Virus record (IMG/VR): IMGVR_UViG_3300020576_002947
Location: 64,001-128,000 of that record
Direction: 5' to 3' (one strand)
Length of the DNA stretch: 64,000 nt
Source of the DNA: a virus
Taxonomy: Duplodnaviria; Caudoviricetes
Shown here in pieces: positions 1-9,024 of the stretch. Position numbers and translations under genes: made by a program. Under the pieces are notes generated by a model, which made no database searches, was not told the DNA's origin, and saw only the letters and a list, made by a program, of their open reading frames with translations. How positions within the stretch are numbered: position 1 is the first letter of the stretch; each line of letters starts with the position of its first letter.

Positions 1-1
1 A

Positions 2-1312
2 GATAACTCCATTGACGCTAAAGCTACTGAAATTAGAATTGGTCTTCAATCACATAAACTATCCGTTGTTGACAACGGAATGGGTATGACAACTGACCAA
101 CTAAGTACTGCCCTTGATATTGGATACAGTTCCAAGAAAGACTGTATTGGACGATACGGGGTAGGTATGAAGATTACTTCATTACGAATAGCTGATAACT
201 ATACTATTCAAACTATAAATGACAACAACCTTTGTTATACTACAGGGATATGTTCATCAGAGATGAGGCCTGAGATCATAACTGGAAATACTTCAAAGGT
301 TAATGGTACTTCAATTGTTCTTAATTTAAAAAAGAACATGTATAAAAAGAGATGGATGCGAGACGTGTTTGAAACACTATCGTTAATTTATTCTCCCGTA
401 CTAGCTACAGGAGAAGTAAAGATTCATCTCAATGCAAGAACGTTAGAACCTACAACGTTTCCTGTAGATCCATTCTTTACTGCAAGTTTTAAATCACTTG
501 TAGTAACTGCATTCGTATCTGATAACTTTGTTAAGTCTGATAGTTATCTGTATCGTGGAACATATGTTTACCTAATCGGTAAGAGATGTTTAACTACTGG
601 TACTGACTATCTTATTGAAGATCTTACACTTAAGAAGTACAATTATGATGATCTTAGAGTTATGGTAGGGATAATCCCTGGGCCTGAAATTAGTGCTAGT
701 ACTAACAAGTCTGGTTTCATTATTGAAACAGATCGAGAAGAGTACTCAGAATTCTTAAGCAAGGTCTCAGAAGAGATTACCCAAACCTATATCAAGATTA
801 AGGAAGAGCGAGAGAAAGAAGTTAAGGATAAGAAGGTTGAGCAAGCCTTGAAACAGATGAGCAAGCTTCTTAGTAAAACTCTTCAAGAACTTAATGAATC
901 ATTGGAACTCTTTAAGGAAGGTTCTTACTACACTGAACGAGAGGAGAAGGAAGTCAATCCTGAACCTAAGAAACAGGATGCTGAGGATCGTAAGGAAAGA
1001 GAAGACAAGGGCTCAGGCCGAAGTGTCAAGCTTGAACTAGCAAAAGCACCTTTAGGTGAAAACAATAGATGTTTCCAGATCGAAAGAGTTCCAGAAACAA
1101 ACTTGTTTAAAGTTATCTTGAACACTGATCATGCTTACTTCCAAAAGATCATTGAGGATCATGATACAGTAAATATGCCAAACTTTATGATTGGCATGGC
1201 TCCTAATATTCTTACAGAGGTTAGTTTCTATGAAACAGACCATACTGCTGACGAATTCAAGGACCGAACCAGCCATATGCAATCTAAATTGTCAGGCTTG
1301 ATGGAAAAGTAA
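2..1312 (+). CDS. GHKL (HSP90/MORC-like) ATPase, 5'-truncated by the window edge
   Basis: The frame is open from nt 2: DNSIDA (motif I), DNGMGM (motif II), GRYGVGMK (motif III), NGTSI (motif IV). A charged coiled-coil C-terminal region follows. Confidence 0.85.
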   Translation, partial: DNSIDAKATEIRIGLQSHKLSVVDNGMGMTTDQLSTALDIGYSSKKDCIGRYGVGMKITSLRIADNYTIQTINDNNLCYTTGICSSEMRPEIITGNTSKVNGTSIVLNLKKNMYKKRWMRDVFETLSLIYSPVLATGEVKIHLNARTLEPTTFPVDPFFTASFKSLVVTAFVSDNFVKSDSYLYRGTYVYLIGKRCLTTGTDYLIEDLTLKKYNYDDLRVMVGIIPGPEISASTNKSGFIIETDREEYSEFLSKVSEEITQTYIKIKEEREKEVKDKKVEQALKQMSKLLSKTLQELNESLELFKEGSYYTEREEKEVNPEPKKQDAEDRKEREDKGSGRSVKLELAKAPLGENNRCFQIERVPETNLFKVILNTDHAYFQKIIEDHDTVNMPNFMIGMAPNILTEVSFYETDHTADEFKDRTSHMQSKLSGLMEK

Positions 1313-2134
1313 ATGTCAACTCGAGAACTTGTAGTAATTAGTATTCATGGTATAGGCTATAAAGCCAAGCCAGGTTTTTCAAACTATTTAATATCAGGTA
1401 TCAGAAAGTCATTCCCCCACTTAACTTCATACGAGTTATTGTGGGGGACAGAACTAGATTCAGTACAAGACTTGTTCATTCAAGACGTACACAAATCAGG
1501 TACTTACTTTAGGGGTACTAAAGCACTACTAACTCGAGTTATTTCAGATGCTTTAGCTTATCAGCCTTATAGCTGTGAAGGAGAAAACCTAAGCTTTGCT
1601 GGTTTGAGTAACAACTCCATTTATGGATCTATACACCACCAGCTAGCCAAACTGATATATTCAATCAGTTTGATTCATCAGGACTTTGATCTAGTTCTAA
1701 TAGGACATTCATTAGGTACAATTATTGTTAATAACTTTGTCTGGGATTGTCTTCATGAATCTTCTGTAGGATGTTTTGCATTCAAACCATCAGAAGAAGT
1801 AAAGACAGTCATTAAAGATAATCTTACTAACATTATTAATTTAGGTTCTCCTTATAGTTACTGGGGATTACGTCATTATCATAATGACTTTCTTCCTGTT
1901 AACTATGATAGGAAGTTTACTATATCAAACTTCTATTTTCCTTCAGATATTGTAGCAGCTCCGATAAGCCCTCTTCCAAACCATAACCTGGTAAAGGATG
2001 AGGAGCTATATATGAGACATCCGCTTGATCTATTTTATTCATCACACTTAAGATACTTTAAATCCTCTCATTTAGTTGGTAGGATTAGGGAACATCTTAA
2101 TCTGTACGGTCGATCTTGCTATGTACAAACTTGA
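1313..2134 (+). CDS. alpha/beta-hydrolase fold protein (lipase/esterase-like)
   Basis: IHGIG oxyanion loop, GHSLG nucleophile elbow, LGSP, candidate Asp (SDIV) and His (SSHLRY). Confidence 0.8.
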   Translation: MSTRELVVISIHGIGYKAKPGFSNYLISGIRKSFPHLTSYELLWGTELDSVQDLFIQDVHKSGTYFRGTKALLTRVISDALAYQPYSCEGENLSFAGLSNNSIYGSIHHQLAKLIYSISLIHQDFDLVLIGHSLGTIIVNNFVWDCLHESSVGCFAFKPSEEVKTVIKDNLTNIINLGSPYSYWGLRHYHNDFLPVNYDRKFTISNFYFPSDIVAAPISPLPNHNLVKDEELYMRHPLDLFYSSHLRYFKSSHLVGRIREHLNLYGRSCYVQT

Positions 2135-3200
2135 AGAAATCGAAGAGCTTAGGGATTTAGGACTTTTAACTATTATCCCAAATCCAAATAATAAGTATCT
2201 ATGGCTTTTAAACTATACTGACAAGGCTCAGTTTGAGAAAGCTTGGTACGATTATCCTAACATTGTGAACTTTAGGGGAATGGTTATAGACTGGCGTACG
2301 ATGTCAGTAGTAGCTAGACCATTTCCCAAGTTCTTTAACTATGAGGAGTATCACAAAGATGATATTCCAAACACCAGAGAAATTGAAGTTACAATGAAAG
2401 TAGACGGTAGTCTGCTTATTGTGTTTCAATTTGAAGGAGTATTTATGGCTTGTACTAGAGGATCATGGAGTTCATGGCAATCTTTACAAGGGATAAAGTT
2501 ATTCAATGAAAGACTATCGTATGAGAACTTACCCTCATTCAGACCAGACTGTACTTATTTGTTTGAGTACATAGGACCTGAAAATATGATAGTAGTTAGA
2601 TATGATAAAGAGAATATCATATTCCTAGCTGAGATGTATAATAATTTCGGTTATCAGTCAGCTAAGAAATCAATTGAAGGATTTGACTCTGTAGAAAGAA
2701 TCAATGTATTCGGTGATATGCTTGGTCAAAGTCTGTATAGAAAACTAAAAGATCAGAACCTCAGAAATGAGGAAGGTTTTGTAGTTAGAGATATTGATAC
2801 TGACTGGCGTTGTAAGATTAAGTTTGAGGACTATATCTTCTACCATAAAACTGTTTCAGGTCTTAACCGTAAACGAGTATGGGAAGCCTTGTGTACTAAT
2901 AAAATGATTGATCTCATTAAGGCAATACCTGATGAGCTATATCCAATAGTACATCAATGGGAAGAAGAACTTCTTAAAGCTTTTGATGAGAAAGCAACAT
3001 TAGTAGAAGAGGCTTGGAATAACTCTAAGCACTTAGAAGATCAAAAGGAGTTTGCATTGTTCATACTTGAACACTATAAACCTCTTTCCTCTATGCTATT
3101 TGCTAAGAAATCTGGAAGAGACTACTCAGAGATTATCTGGGACGGTCTTAAACCAGTCTTCATTGACCCTCAAACAGAGATTAACAATGCAAAGTCCTGA
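2121..3200 (+). CDS. T4 Rnl1-family RNA ligase
   Basis: RG...ARPFPKFFN, KVDGS adenylylation motif I, LFEY, EGFVV, CKIKFEDY. Start placed at ATG 2121. Confidence 0.9.
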   Translation: MYKLEEIEELRDLGLLTIIPNPNNKYLWLLNYTDKAQFEKAWYDYPNIVNFRGMVIDWRTMSVVARPFPKFFNYEEYHKDDIPNTREIEVTMKVDGSLLIVFQFEGVFMACTRGSWSSWQSLQGIKLFNERLSYENLPSFRPDCTYLFEYIGPENMIVVRYDKENIIFLAEMYNNFGYQSAKKSIEGFDSVERINVFGDMLGQSLYRKLKDQNLRNEEGFVVRDIDTDWRCKIKFEDYIFYHKTVSGLNRKRVWEALCTNKMIDLIKAIPDELYPIVHQWEEELLKAFDEKATLVEEAWNNSKHLEDQKEFALFILEHYKPLSSMLFAKKSGRDYSEIIWDGLKPVFIDPQTEINNAKS

Positions 3201-3483
3201 TATCAATTTAAATTATAGTCTTTCTTATAAGTCTTTAGAGTTTTCCTATGTTAACTCTTCTCCTTGGAGTAGTTTCTACTTCGATAAAAGCTCTTATAAC
3301 CTATCATATACTGTTACTAAGGAGAACAACAAGTTTGCACTTCTTATTAACGATACTCCTAAAACTGGTTACTTGTTAAGTTTCAAGTGGTCATCTAACT
3401 ATAGATATGGTTCTTATAGTGTTGACTATCTACAAAAAGGCGATAAACCTTTATTGAACCTTACTATTAACCATAAGTTCTAA
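3187..3483 (+). CDS. hypothetical beta-strand-rich protein
   Basis: ATG 3187 overlaps the ligase end. Alternating aromatic/polar strands and a C-terminal Phe. Confidence 0.55.
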   Translation: MQSPDINLNYSLSYKSLEFSYVNSSPWSSFYFDKSSYNLSYTVTKENNKFALLINDTPKTGYLLSFKWSSNYRYGSYSVDYLQKGDKPLLNLTINHKF

Positions 3484-3487
3484 TACT

Positions 3488-3808
3488 TTGCAAAAGGAAA
3501 AGATGAAAAAACTCCCGAACCCTTATGATGATGCATTTAACAATATCTCAGATATTATTCAAACTAGGGCCATCAAAGAGTCCCAGGGTGATTATCTGAA
3601 GCTAATTGACCTTGACCAAAAGAGGTACACTATGTTTGACTTTTTAAGTTTGATTTCTAAGAGTCTTTGGGGTTGGAAGGGTGATGGCGAGCCTATTACC
3701 AAAGCAACCATTGATCCTTTCAAGTTGTGCTTAACTAGAGTTGCTGCTTATGCTATTTGTGGTATTGTCTGGTGCGAAGAGAAATCTAAGCGCAGCATTG
3801 AACACTAA
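3488..3808 (+). CDS. hypothetical protein, possibly a degenerate all-alpha NTP-pyrophosphatase (MazG-like)
   Basis: C-terminal FKLCLTRVAAYAI resembles the LxxVAAxAxA helix of phage MazG-like proteins. The acidic catalytic residues are not evident. Confidence 0.4.
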   Translation: MQKEKMKKLPNPYDDAFNNISDIIQTRAIKESQGDYLKLIDLDQKRYTMFDFLSLISKSLWGWKGDGEPITKATIDPFKLCLTRVAAYAICGIVWCEEKSKRSIEH

Positions 3809-3821
3809 AATTTGAATAACC

Positions 3822-4109
3822 GTGAATGACTTGAAGAACCTCGAAGAGTCCGTACAAGACATTATCATTACCTTTATTCAAAAACAAAAAAATAAATTCT
3901 CTGTGGATAGAGAGTATAGCGTGATACGAGAGACTTGGTCCGGGGCTTCAAAAGACTTGGATCAGGTTTCAGAAAAACTTTTAGGAGAGAAGAGTTCAGA
4001 GTACCATGTTTACTTATACCCAAATACTTTAGTAGTTATTCCACGAGAGTCGAGTAAGTCCCTTGTCTACAATCGTTTGACAAAGCAGTATAAGACAGTC
4101 AGGATGTAA
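3822..4109 (+). CDS. hypothetical protein
   Basis: ORF within a tightly packed operon. Confidence 0.6.
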   Translation: MNDLKNLEESVQDIIITFIQKQKNKFSVDREYSVIRETWSGASKDLDQVSEKLLGEKSSEYHVYLYPNTLVVIPRESSKSLVYNRLTKQYKTVRM

Positions 4110-4267
4110 TGGTACCATCCCCTTGTATTAAAAAGTGCATACTTGATAAGGGCGAAGTATGCACTGGCTGCTTTAGAACATTATTTGAGATTGTTAAATG
4201 GTCCTATTATAGTGACGAAGAAAAACAATCGGTATTAGATAGAATACAAAAGAGCAAAGAAGAATGA
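4109..4267 (+). CDS. DUF1289-family small Cys-rich protein (52 aa, not in the ORF track)
   Basis: Manual translation: MVPSPCIKKCILDKGEVCTGCFRTLFEIVKWSYYSDEEKQSVLDRIQKSKEE, matching SPCxxxC...CxGCxRTxxEIxxW. TAATG and ATGA overlaps couple it to both neighbours. Confidence 0.85.
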   Translation: MVPSPCIKKCILDKGEVCTGCFRTLFEIVKWSYYSDEEKQSVLDRIQKSKEE

Positions 4268-5733
4268 GTTTTACTGATAATGATCTTGACTTTTATATCA
4301 AGACTGAGAGAAACGTATTAATTAGAGGACCTAAAGGGGTTGGTAAAACCCATAAGATTTTGCAGGCTTTTAAAAGAGCTGGCTTAAATTATCTTTACTT
4401 TTCAGCAGCTACTATGGACCCATGGGTTGACTTCATTGGGGTACCAAAAGAAGCAACCGATGAAGATGGGAACACTTATCTTGACCTTGTAAGACCTAAG
4501 CAGTTTGCTAAGGATGAAGTGCAAGCTATATTCCTGGACGAGTTCAATAGAGCACCTAAGAAAGTAAGGAATGCTGTTATGGAGTTATTACAGTTTAAGT
4601 CGATTAATGGATTTAAGTTTAATAACTTAAAGATCATTTGGACTGCTGTTAACCCTAAGGAAGAAGGTGAGGAACAGTACGATGTTGAAGATCTAGATCC
4701 CGCACAGGCTGATAGATTTGAGATCCAGCTTACTGTACCCTATACCTTAAACATTCCCTACTTTACTGAAAAGTACGGTAAGGACACTGCCCTAACTGCC
4801 TCTAACTGGTGGAATGGTCTTAATGAGAAACAAAGACAAGAAGTTTCCCCTAGAAGACTTGATTATGCTTTGAGTGTATGGAGCGATGGTGGGAAGCTAG
4901 AGCATGTTTTGACAAGTACAAGTGATCCTAAGAAACTATCGAAAATGCTTAGTCAGAAGAGCCTCTTTGAAACAATCGAAAAGTTTGTTACAGAAGGTAA
5001 ACTAGAAGCATTGAAAGGAGTGCTTAGTGATCCTAACAACGTAGCATTTGTCAAATCATTTATTCTTAGCAACAAGGACCTAAAGGTTAAGTACACAGGG
5101 ATTTATTGCATGCCTTATGAAACACAGCACTCAATTGTTTCAGGTATGTCCAATACTCAATACACAGAATTTCTAAAAGTACTTGAGAATCTACCTCTTG
5201 ATAAGGAAATCCAGAATATTGTTTATTATACTAAAGACAAGAACTTAGATCTAACAACCAAGCTGTTAGACCAACAAGGTTATATTCCTCCAGCTATACT
5301 AAAGCCTGTTCTTACTCCATGTAGGGGAGATGATTTACAAAGTACTAACTCTAGAAGAGCTTATCTAGGGATTTTAAATGATAATTTTAATACCTTAATT
5401 CCTAGCTCTGAGACTCTTGACCATTGGGATCTAAAAACAGCTGTTCCATTAAATGAAGAGTTGTCATCTATATGTGAGTTTCTTGTACACTACCTAGTGG
5501 TAGCAAGAAGAAGTCATGCCGGCACTGTTAAAGGTGTATTAGGAACTGACAAAACAATTCGGTTGAGGAGAGTACAGGACTTGTTTAAACCAAAAGCTAA
5601 GTATGCTGCCACACTAATTAGCGATCTTAATATTAAAAAGGAAATGTATTACTCAGCTAAAGGTAAGTACTATAATTTCTTTCCTTACACAATTGATGCA
5701 GCTTACTTCTGGAGATCAGATTGGAAGGTCTAA
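4264..5733 (+). CDS. MoxR/dynein-related AAA+ ATPase
   Basis: Walker A GPKGVGKT, Walker B IFLDEFNRA, sensor-1 TAVN, LDPAQADRF arginine finger, VSPRR. Confidence 0.88.
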   Translation: MSFTDNDLDFYIKTERNVLIRGPKGVGKTHKILQAFKRAGLNYLYFSAATMDPWVDFIGVPKEATDEDGNTYLDLVRPKQFAKDEVQAIFLDEFNRAPKKVRNAVMELLQFKSINGFKFNNLKIIWTAVNPKEEGEEQYDVEDLDPAQADRFEIQLTVPYTLNIPYFTEKYGKDTALTASNWWNGLNEKQRQEVSPRRLDYALSVWSDGGKLEHVLTSTSDPKKLSKMLSQKSLFETIEKFVTEGKLEALKGVLSDPNNVAFVKSFILSNKDLKVKYTGIYCMPYETQHSIVSGMSNTQYTEFLKVLENLPLDKEIQNIVYYTKDKNLDLTTKLLDQQGYIPPAILKPVLTPCRGDDLQSTNSRRAYLGILNDNFNTLIPSSETLDHWDLKTAVPLNEELSSICEFLVHYLVVARRSHAGTVKGVLGTDKTIRLRRVQDLFKPKAKYAATLISDLNIKKEMYYSAKGKYYNFFPYTIDAAYFWRSDWKV

Positions 5734-6983
5734 ACCACGAAGACTATTATACAATGTTAAATAGGCTTGAAGATTATCATGACCTATTTGCATCGTTGTG
5801 GGCTGTAGGCGAGCCTTTATTTACTGATAACTCTAGCGTACCAACAGCTAGAGTTATCAAGTATAAAGACTCTGAGAATATTTCATTACAAATTAATAAG
5901 TCTTACTGGGAATCATTAGATGATTATACCAGGACTTTTTTAATTAGCCATGAGATGCTGCATGTATATCTAAAGCACTTAGTCTTTGGAAAGGAAGATG
6001 ATATTCCAGTACTGACCAACATAGCTATGGACATATCTATTAATCATATGTTATGCAACTCTTTTGGTTTTACCAAGGAGCTTTTGTGTAACTTTGAGGA
6101 GCTTTGCTGGGTAGAGAAATTTTTCCCAGGAGAACAAATAGATAATAATCTAAGTTGGAGGACTTACTATAATCTCTTACTAGAAAAGCTTGGTATAGAT
6201 CCACAAGGTATGCCAACTTATATTCTTCTTGGTAACCATGGTGAAGGGGAAGGTACTGGTGAGAGTTCTGATCAAGGCCAGGGTAAGCAGGAAGAGGACC
6301 CTGAAGGACTAGAGGATATTATTAATGGAATAATGGGGGACTGTTTTGAAACAGATCCTACAGACATTGAATCATTTAGTCAACAAGCAGGTACTACTGC
6401 CGGAAATCTAGCTATTACTGTAAAAGTAGAAGTTAAGAAGAAGCGGAAGTGGGAAACTGTAATTAGTGACTTCGTCAGAAGAGCTGTAAAAGAAACTACT
6501 AATGAGCAGTGGTCCAGAAAAGCTAGAAGAAATAACTTACTTACAAGTGACTTGTTTCTTCCTAGTGATCAGGAAGTTGAAGAGTATGATAAGGATAAGA
6601 TCGAATTATGGTTCTATCAAGATACCTCAGGTTCTTGTTATAGTCTAGCTGAAAGGTTCTTTAAAGCAGCCAGAAGTATTCCTGAAGATAAGTTTATAAT
6701 CAGAACTTTTTGTTTTGACACGAGAGTTTATGATGTAGATTTAAAGACTGGAAAGCTATTTGGATTTGGTGGTACATACTTCCATATTCTTGAACAGCAT
6801 GTTCAGCAGAAGATTAAAGAATATAAAGTTTCTTACCCAAAGGCAATCTTTGTAGTTACCGACGGATACGGGAGTGCTATTAAACCCGAAAAACCAAAAG
6901 CTTGGCATTGGTTTTTATCAACAAATGAAACATACTGTATTGATAAAGACTGTTTTATACATTATCTGAAGGACTTTGAATGA
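5721..6983 (+). CDS. DUF2201-like metallopeptidase plus vWA domain protein (MoxR partner)
   Basis: HEMLH zinc motif, NIAMDISIN, acidic linker, MIDAS DTSGS, GGT, VTDG. Confidence 0.85.
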   Translation: MEGLNHEDYYTMLNRLEDYHDLFASLWAVGEPLFTDNSSVPTARVIKYKDSENISLQINKSYWESLDDYTRTFLISHEMLHVYLKHLVFGKEDDIPVLTNIAMDISINHMLCNSFGFTKELLCNFEELCWVEKFFPGEQIDNNLSWRTYYNLLLEKLGIDPQGMPTYILLGNHGEGEGTGESSDQGQGKQEEDPEGLEDIINGIMGDCFETDPTDIESFSQQAGTTAGNLAITVKVEVKKKRKWETVISDFVRRAVKETTNEQWSRKARRNNLLTSDLFLPSDQEVEEYDKDKIELWFYQDTSGSCYSLAERFFKAARSIPEDKFIIRTFCFDTRVYDVDLKTGKLFGFGGTYFHILEQHVQQKIKEYKVSYPKAIFVVTDGYGSAIKPEKPKAWHWFLSTNETYCIDKDCFIHYLKDFE

Positions 6984-7687
6984 GTGTAATTGCAAGAACA
7001 AACGGAATTCAATATTATGTTATTGCTGATATGCATCTTAGGGATGATGATCTAGGTAAGTGGGGCAGACCTGACGGCTATACTTCTAGGATTGAATCCA
7101 GTCTTAAAAAGTTACCTTCAGACTCTATTTTAATAGACCTTGGTGATGTTGCTTATAGCAATTACATGACAGCAGGCAAGCTAGCTAACACTCTAAAGAA
7201 CTGTCCTGCAAAATTAAAGATTCTTGTTATAGGGAATCATGACGAAAAAAGTTATGAAACCTATATGAACAATGGCTATGACATGGTAGTAAGATGTTTT
7301 TCATTAGAGAACCTTTATTTTACTCATGCTCCAGAACCAGCTGATAGATGGCCGATAGGAACTGAGTATAACATCCACGGACATCTTCATACTAACACAG
7401 AAGACTATGGTTGCTTTGATATGCCTGAAAAACATCCAAGGCATGTATTGTTTTCTGTGGAAGAATGGAACTATAAAGCCGTTCACCTAAATTTCTTCTT
7501 AACTAAGAAAGGTGTAAAGGCCATTAGTGCGTATGATATCCTTCCAGTTATGAAAGGCGATTATGTAGTATTTGAAAGAGGTAATCCAACAGTCTATCAT
7601 AAAGCTGTTTCAAATGTAGATGCTAACTCTTTGGTTAGACGATTAGAGAGTCTAACCGGGAAAAGGCACGCTTATAAGAGGCTCTAG
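6980..7687 (+). CDS. calcineurin-like metallophosphoesterase
   Basis: DMH, LGD, GNHD, THAP and HGHLH motifs. Confidence 0.9.
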   Translation: MSVIARTNGIQYYVIADMHLRDDDLGKWGRPDGYTSRIESSLKKLPSDSILIDLGDVAYSNYMTAGKLANTLKNCPAKLKILVIGNHDEKSYETYMNNGYDMVVRCFSLENLYFTHAPEPADRWPIGTEYNIHGHLHTNTEDYGCFDMPEKHPRHVLFSVEEWNYKAVHLNFFLTKKGVKAISAYDILPVMKGDYVVFERGNPTVYHKAVSNVDANSLVRRLESLTGKRHAYKRL

Positions 7688-7730
7688 TTATATATAGGCA
7701 CCTTTGGTACGGTGCCCAAGAAAGGCTAAA

Positions 7731-8369
7731 ATGGATCATTTTAACATTGATTGGACACCTGTCATTGCCGCTGTTGGAGGCTTAATCTCTGGATTAGGCG
7801 CATTTGCAATTTCATGGCTTCGCTCAAAGTATCTGAATAAGAAACCCCCTATCACCTCAGCAGATTTACTGTTAGGGGTCTATGAGGTATTTGACGAGCT
7901 GTCTAGTCACTGTTCACATATGAAATCTGATAGAGGTTTAATACTTTACACCTCAAATGGTGGTGGTATTCCTAAAGCCGCTTCAATTGTAAATACTACT
8001 GTTCTTTATGAAGTAGTGCAGAATCATAGTCTAGAGCCTGTTAGATCAACCTTCCAGCATATAGCCTTAGATGAAGCATATGCTCATATGCTGCGAGAAG
8101 TTATTTTAAATGGGTATGTGTTTGGAAGAACAGAGGATCTAAAACCTGGCTTCCTTAAGTATCAATACGCTAAGGAAGGTGTTAAATGGTTTTATATATG
8201 GCAGATCCTAGTAACAGAAGATCGTTATTACTATGGTTCTATGATATGGTTAAATGAAAAGGATGTACCGGAGTTTGACGATCTTCATTCAACCACTCAG
8301 ATTACTACAAGCCTTATAAGCAATACACTAGTTAAAAGTTTAGAAGTCGAAAAGAATATTAATCAATAA
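7731..8369 (+). CDS. single-TM protein with GAF-like soluble domain; candidate T4 T-type holin
   Basis: N-terminal TM helix WTPVIAAVGGLISGLGAFAISWL, then SDRGLILYTSNGG and a GAF-like alpha/beta pattern. Confidence 0.5.
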   Translation: MDHFNIDWTPVIAAVGGLISGLGAFAISWLRSKYLNKKPPITSADLLLGVYEVFDELSSHCSHMKSDRGLILYTSNGGGIPKAASIVNTTVLYEVVQNHSLEPVRSTFQHIALDEAYAHMLREVILNGYVFGRTEDLKPGFLKYQYAKEGVKWFYIWQILVTEDRYYYGSMIWLNEKDVPEFDDLHSTTQITTSLISNTLVKSLEVEKNINQ

Positions 8370-9024
8370 AGATTCCTTCTAACTTCTTTCTAAGAGTTTT
8401 AGTCATTCTAACCTTTCTACCAAGTAGAATAAGTTTTACTACTTCTAACTCTTTAGGTGTACATACTTGTAGAATAGATATCTCAGTTAGTACGCTACTA
8501 TAAACGTTTTCATGGCTTTCGTCATGAACTTCCTTTGAGTCTTCATAAGGAATAACTTTATTATTATTACTATTCTTTATCATCTCTTCAACGAGATCAT
8601 GAAGTTTGATAATGATAGTACTAGCTAAATTACTTTCAGTTGATTGAATTGCTTGACGAATAGCAAGATCCATTGTTGCTACAATTTCATCAGAACCATA
8701 AATTGATAACTCTTTCTTTAATGCAGTAGCTACATTGATAAGAGGTGTTTTAGTTGAACAGAAATATCTTAGAAAAGATTGCTCAAAACTAGATTTAAAG
8801 TTATACTTCCCAGTCAGCAAAATTCTGACAAGACCCTTCCCAAGATTATAAAATCTTTGTACAAGCTCCTCCTCAGCTTCTTTGGATGACAAATTGTTGA
8901 TCCACCTGTATTCGTGAAGCTCAATTTGATTACCCTTAGTTCGACTGAGCAGAGGGTCGATCTCCCCCTGCTCAAATCGTTGCGTAGTCTTGTATTTATT
9001 TTTTATAAGTTTTTTCTCTGCCAT
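8359..9024 (-). CDS. hypothetical protein, possibly sigma-70-like
   Basis: EAEEELVQRFYNL (region 2.1-like), a helical core and TPKELEVVKLILLG (region 4-like). Start placed at ATG 9024. Confidence 0.45.
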   Translation of the reverse strand: MAEKKLIKNKYKTTQRFEQGEIDPLLSRTKGNQIELHEYRWINNLSSKEAEEELVQRFYNLGKGLVRILLTGKYNFKSSFEQSFLRYFCSTKTPLINVATALKKELSIYGSDEIVATMDLAIRQAIQSTESNLASTIIIKLHDLVEEMIKNSNNNKVIPYEDSKEVHDESHENVYSSVLTEISILQVCTPKELEVVKLILLGRKVRMTKTLRKKLEGIFID

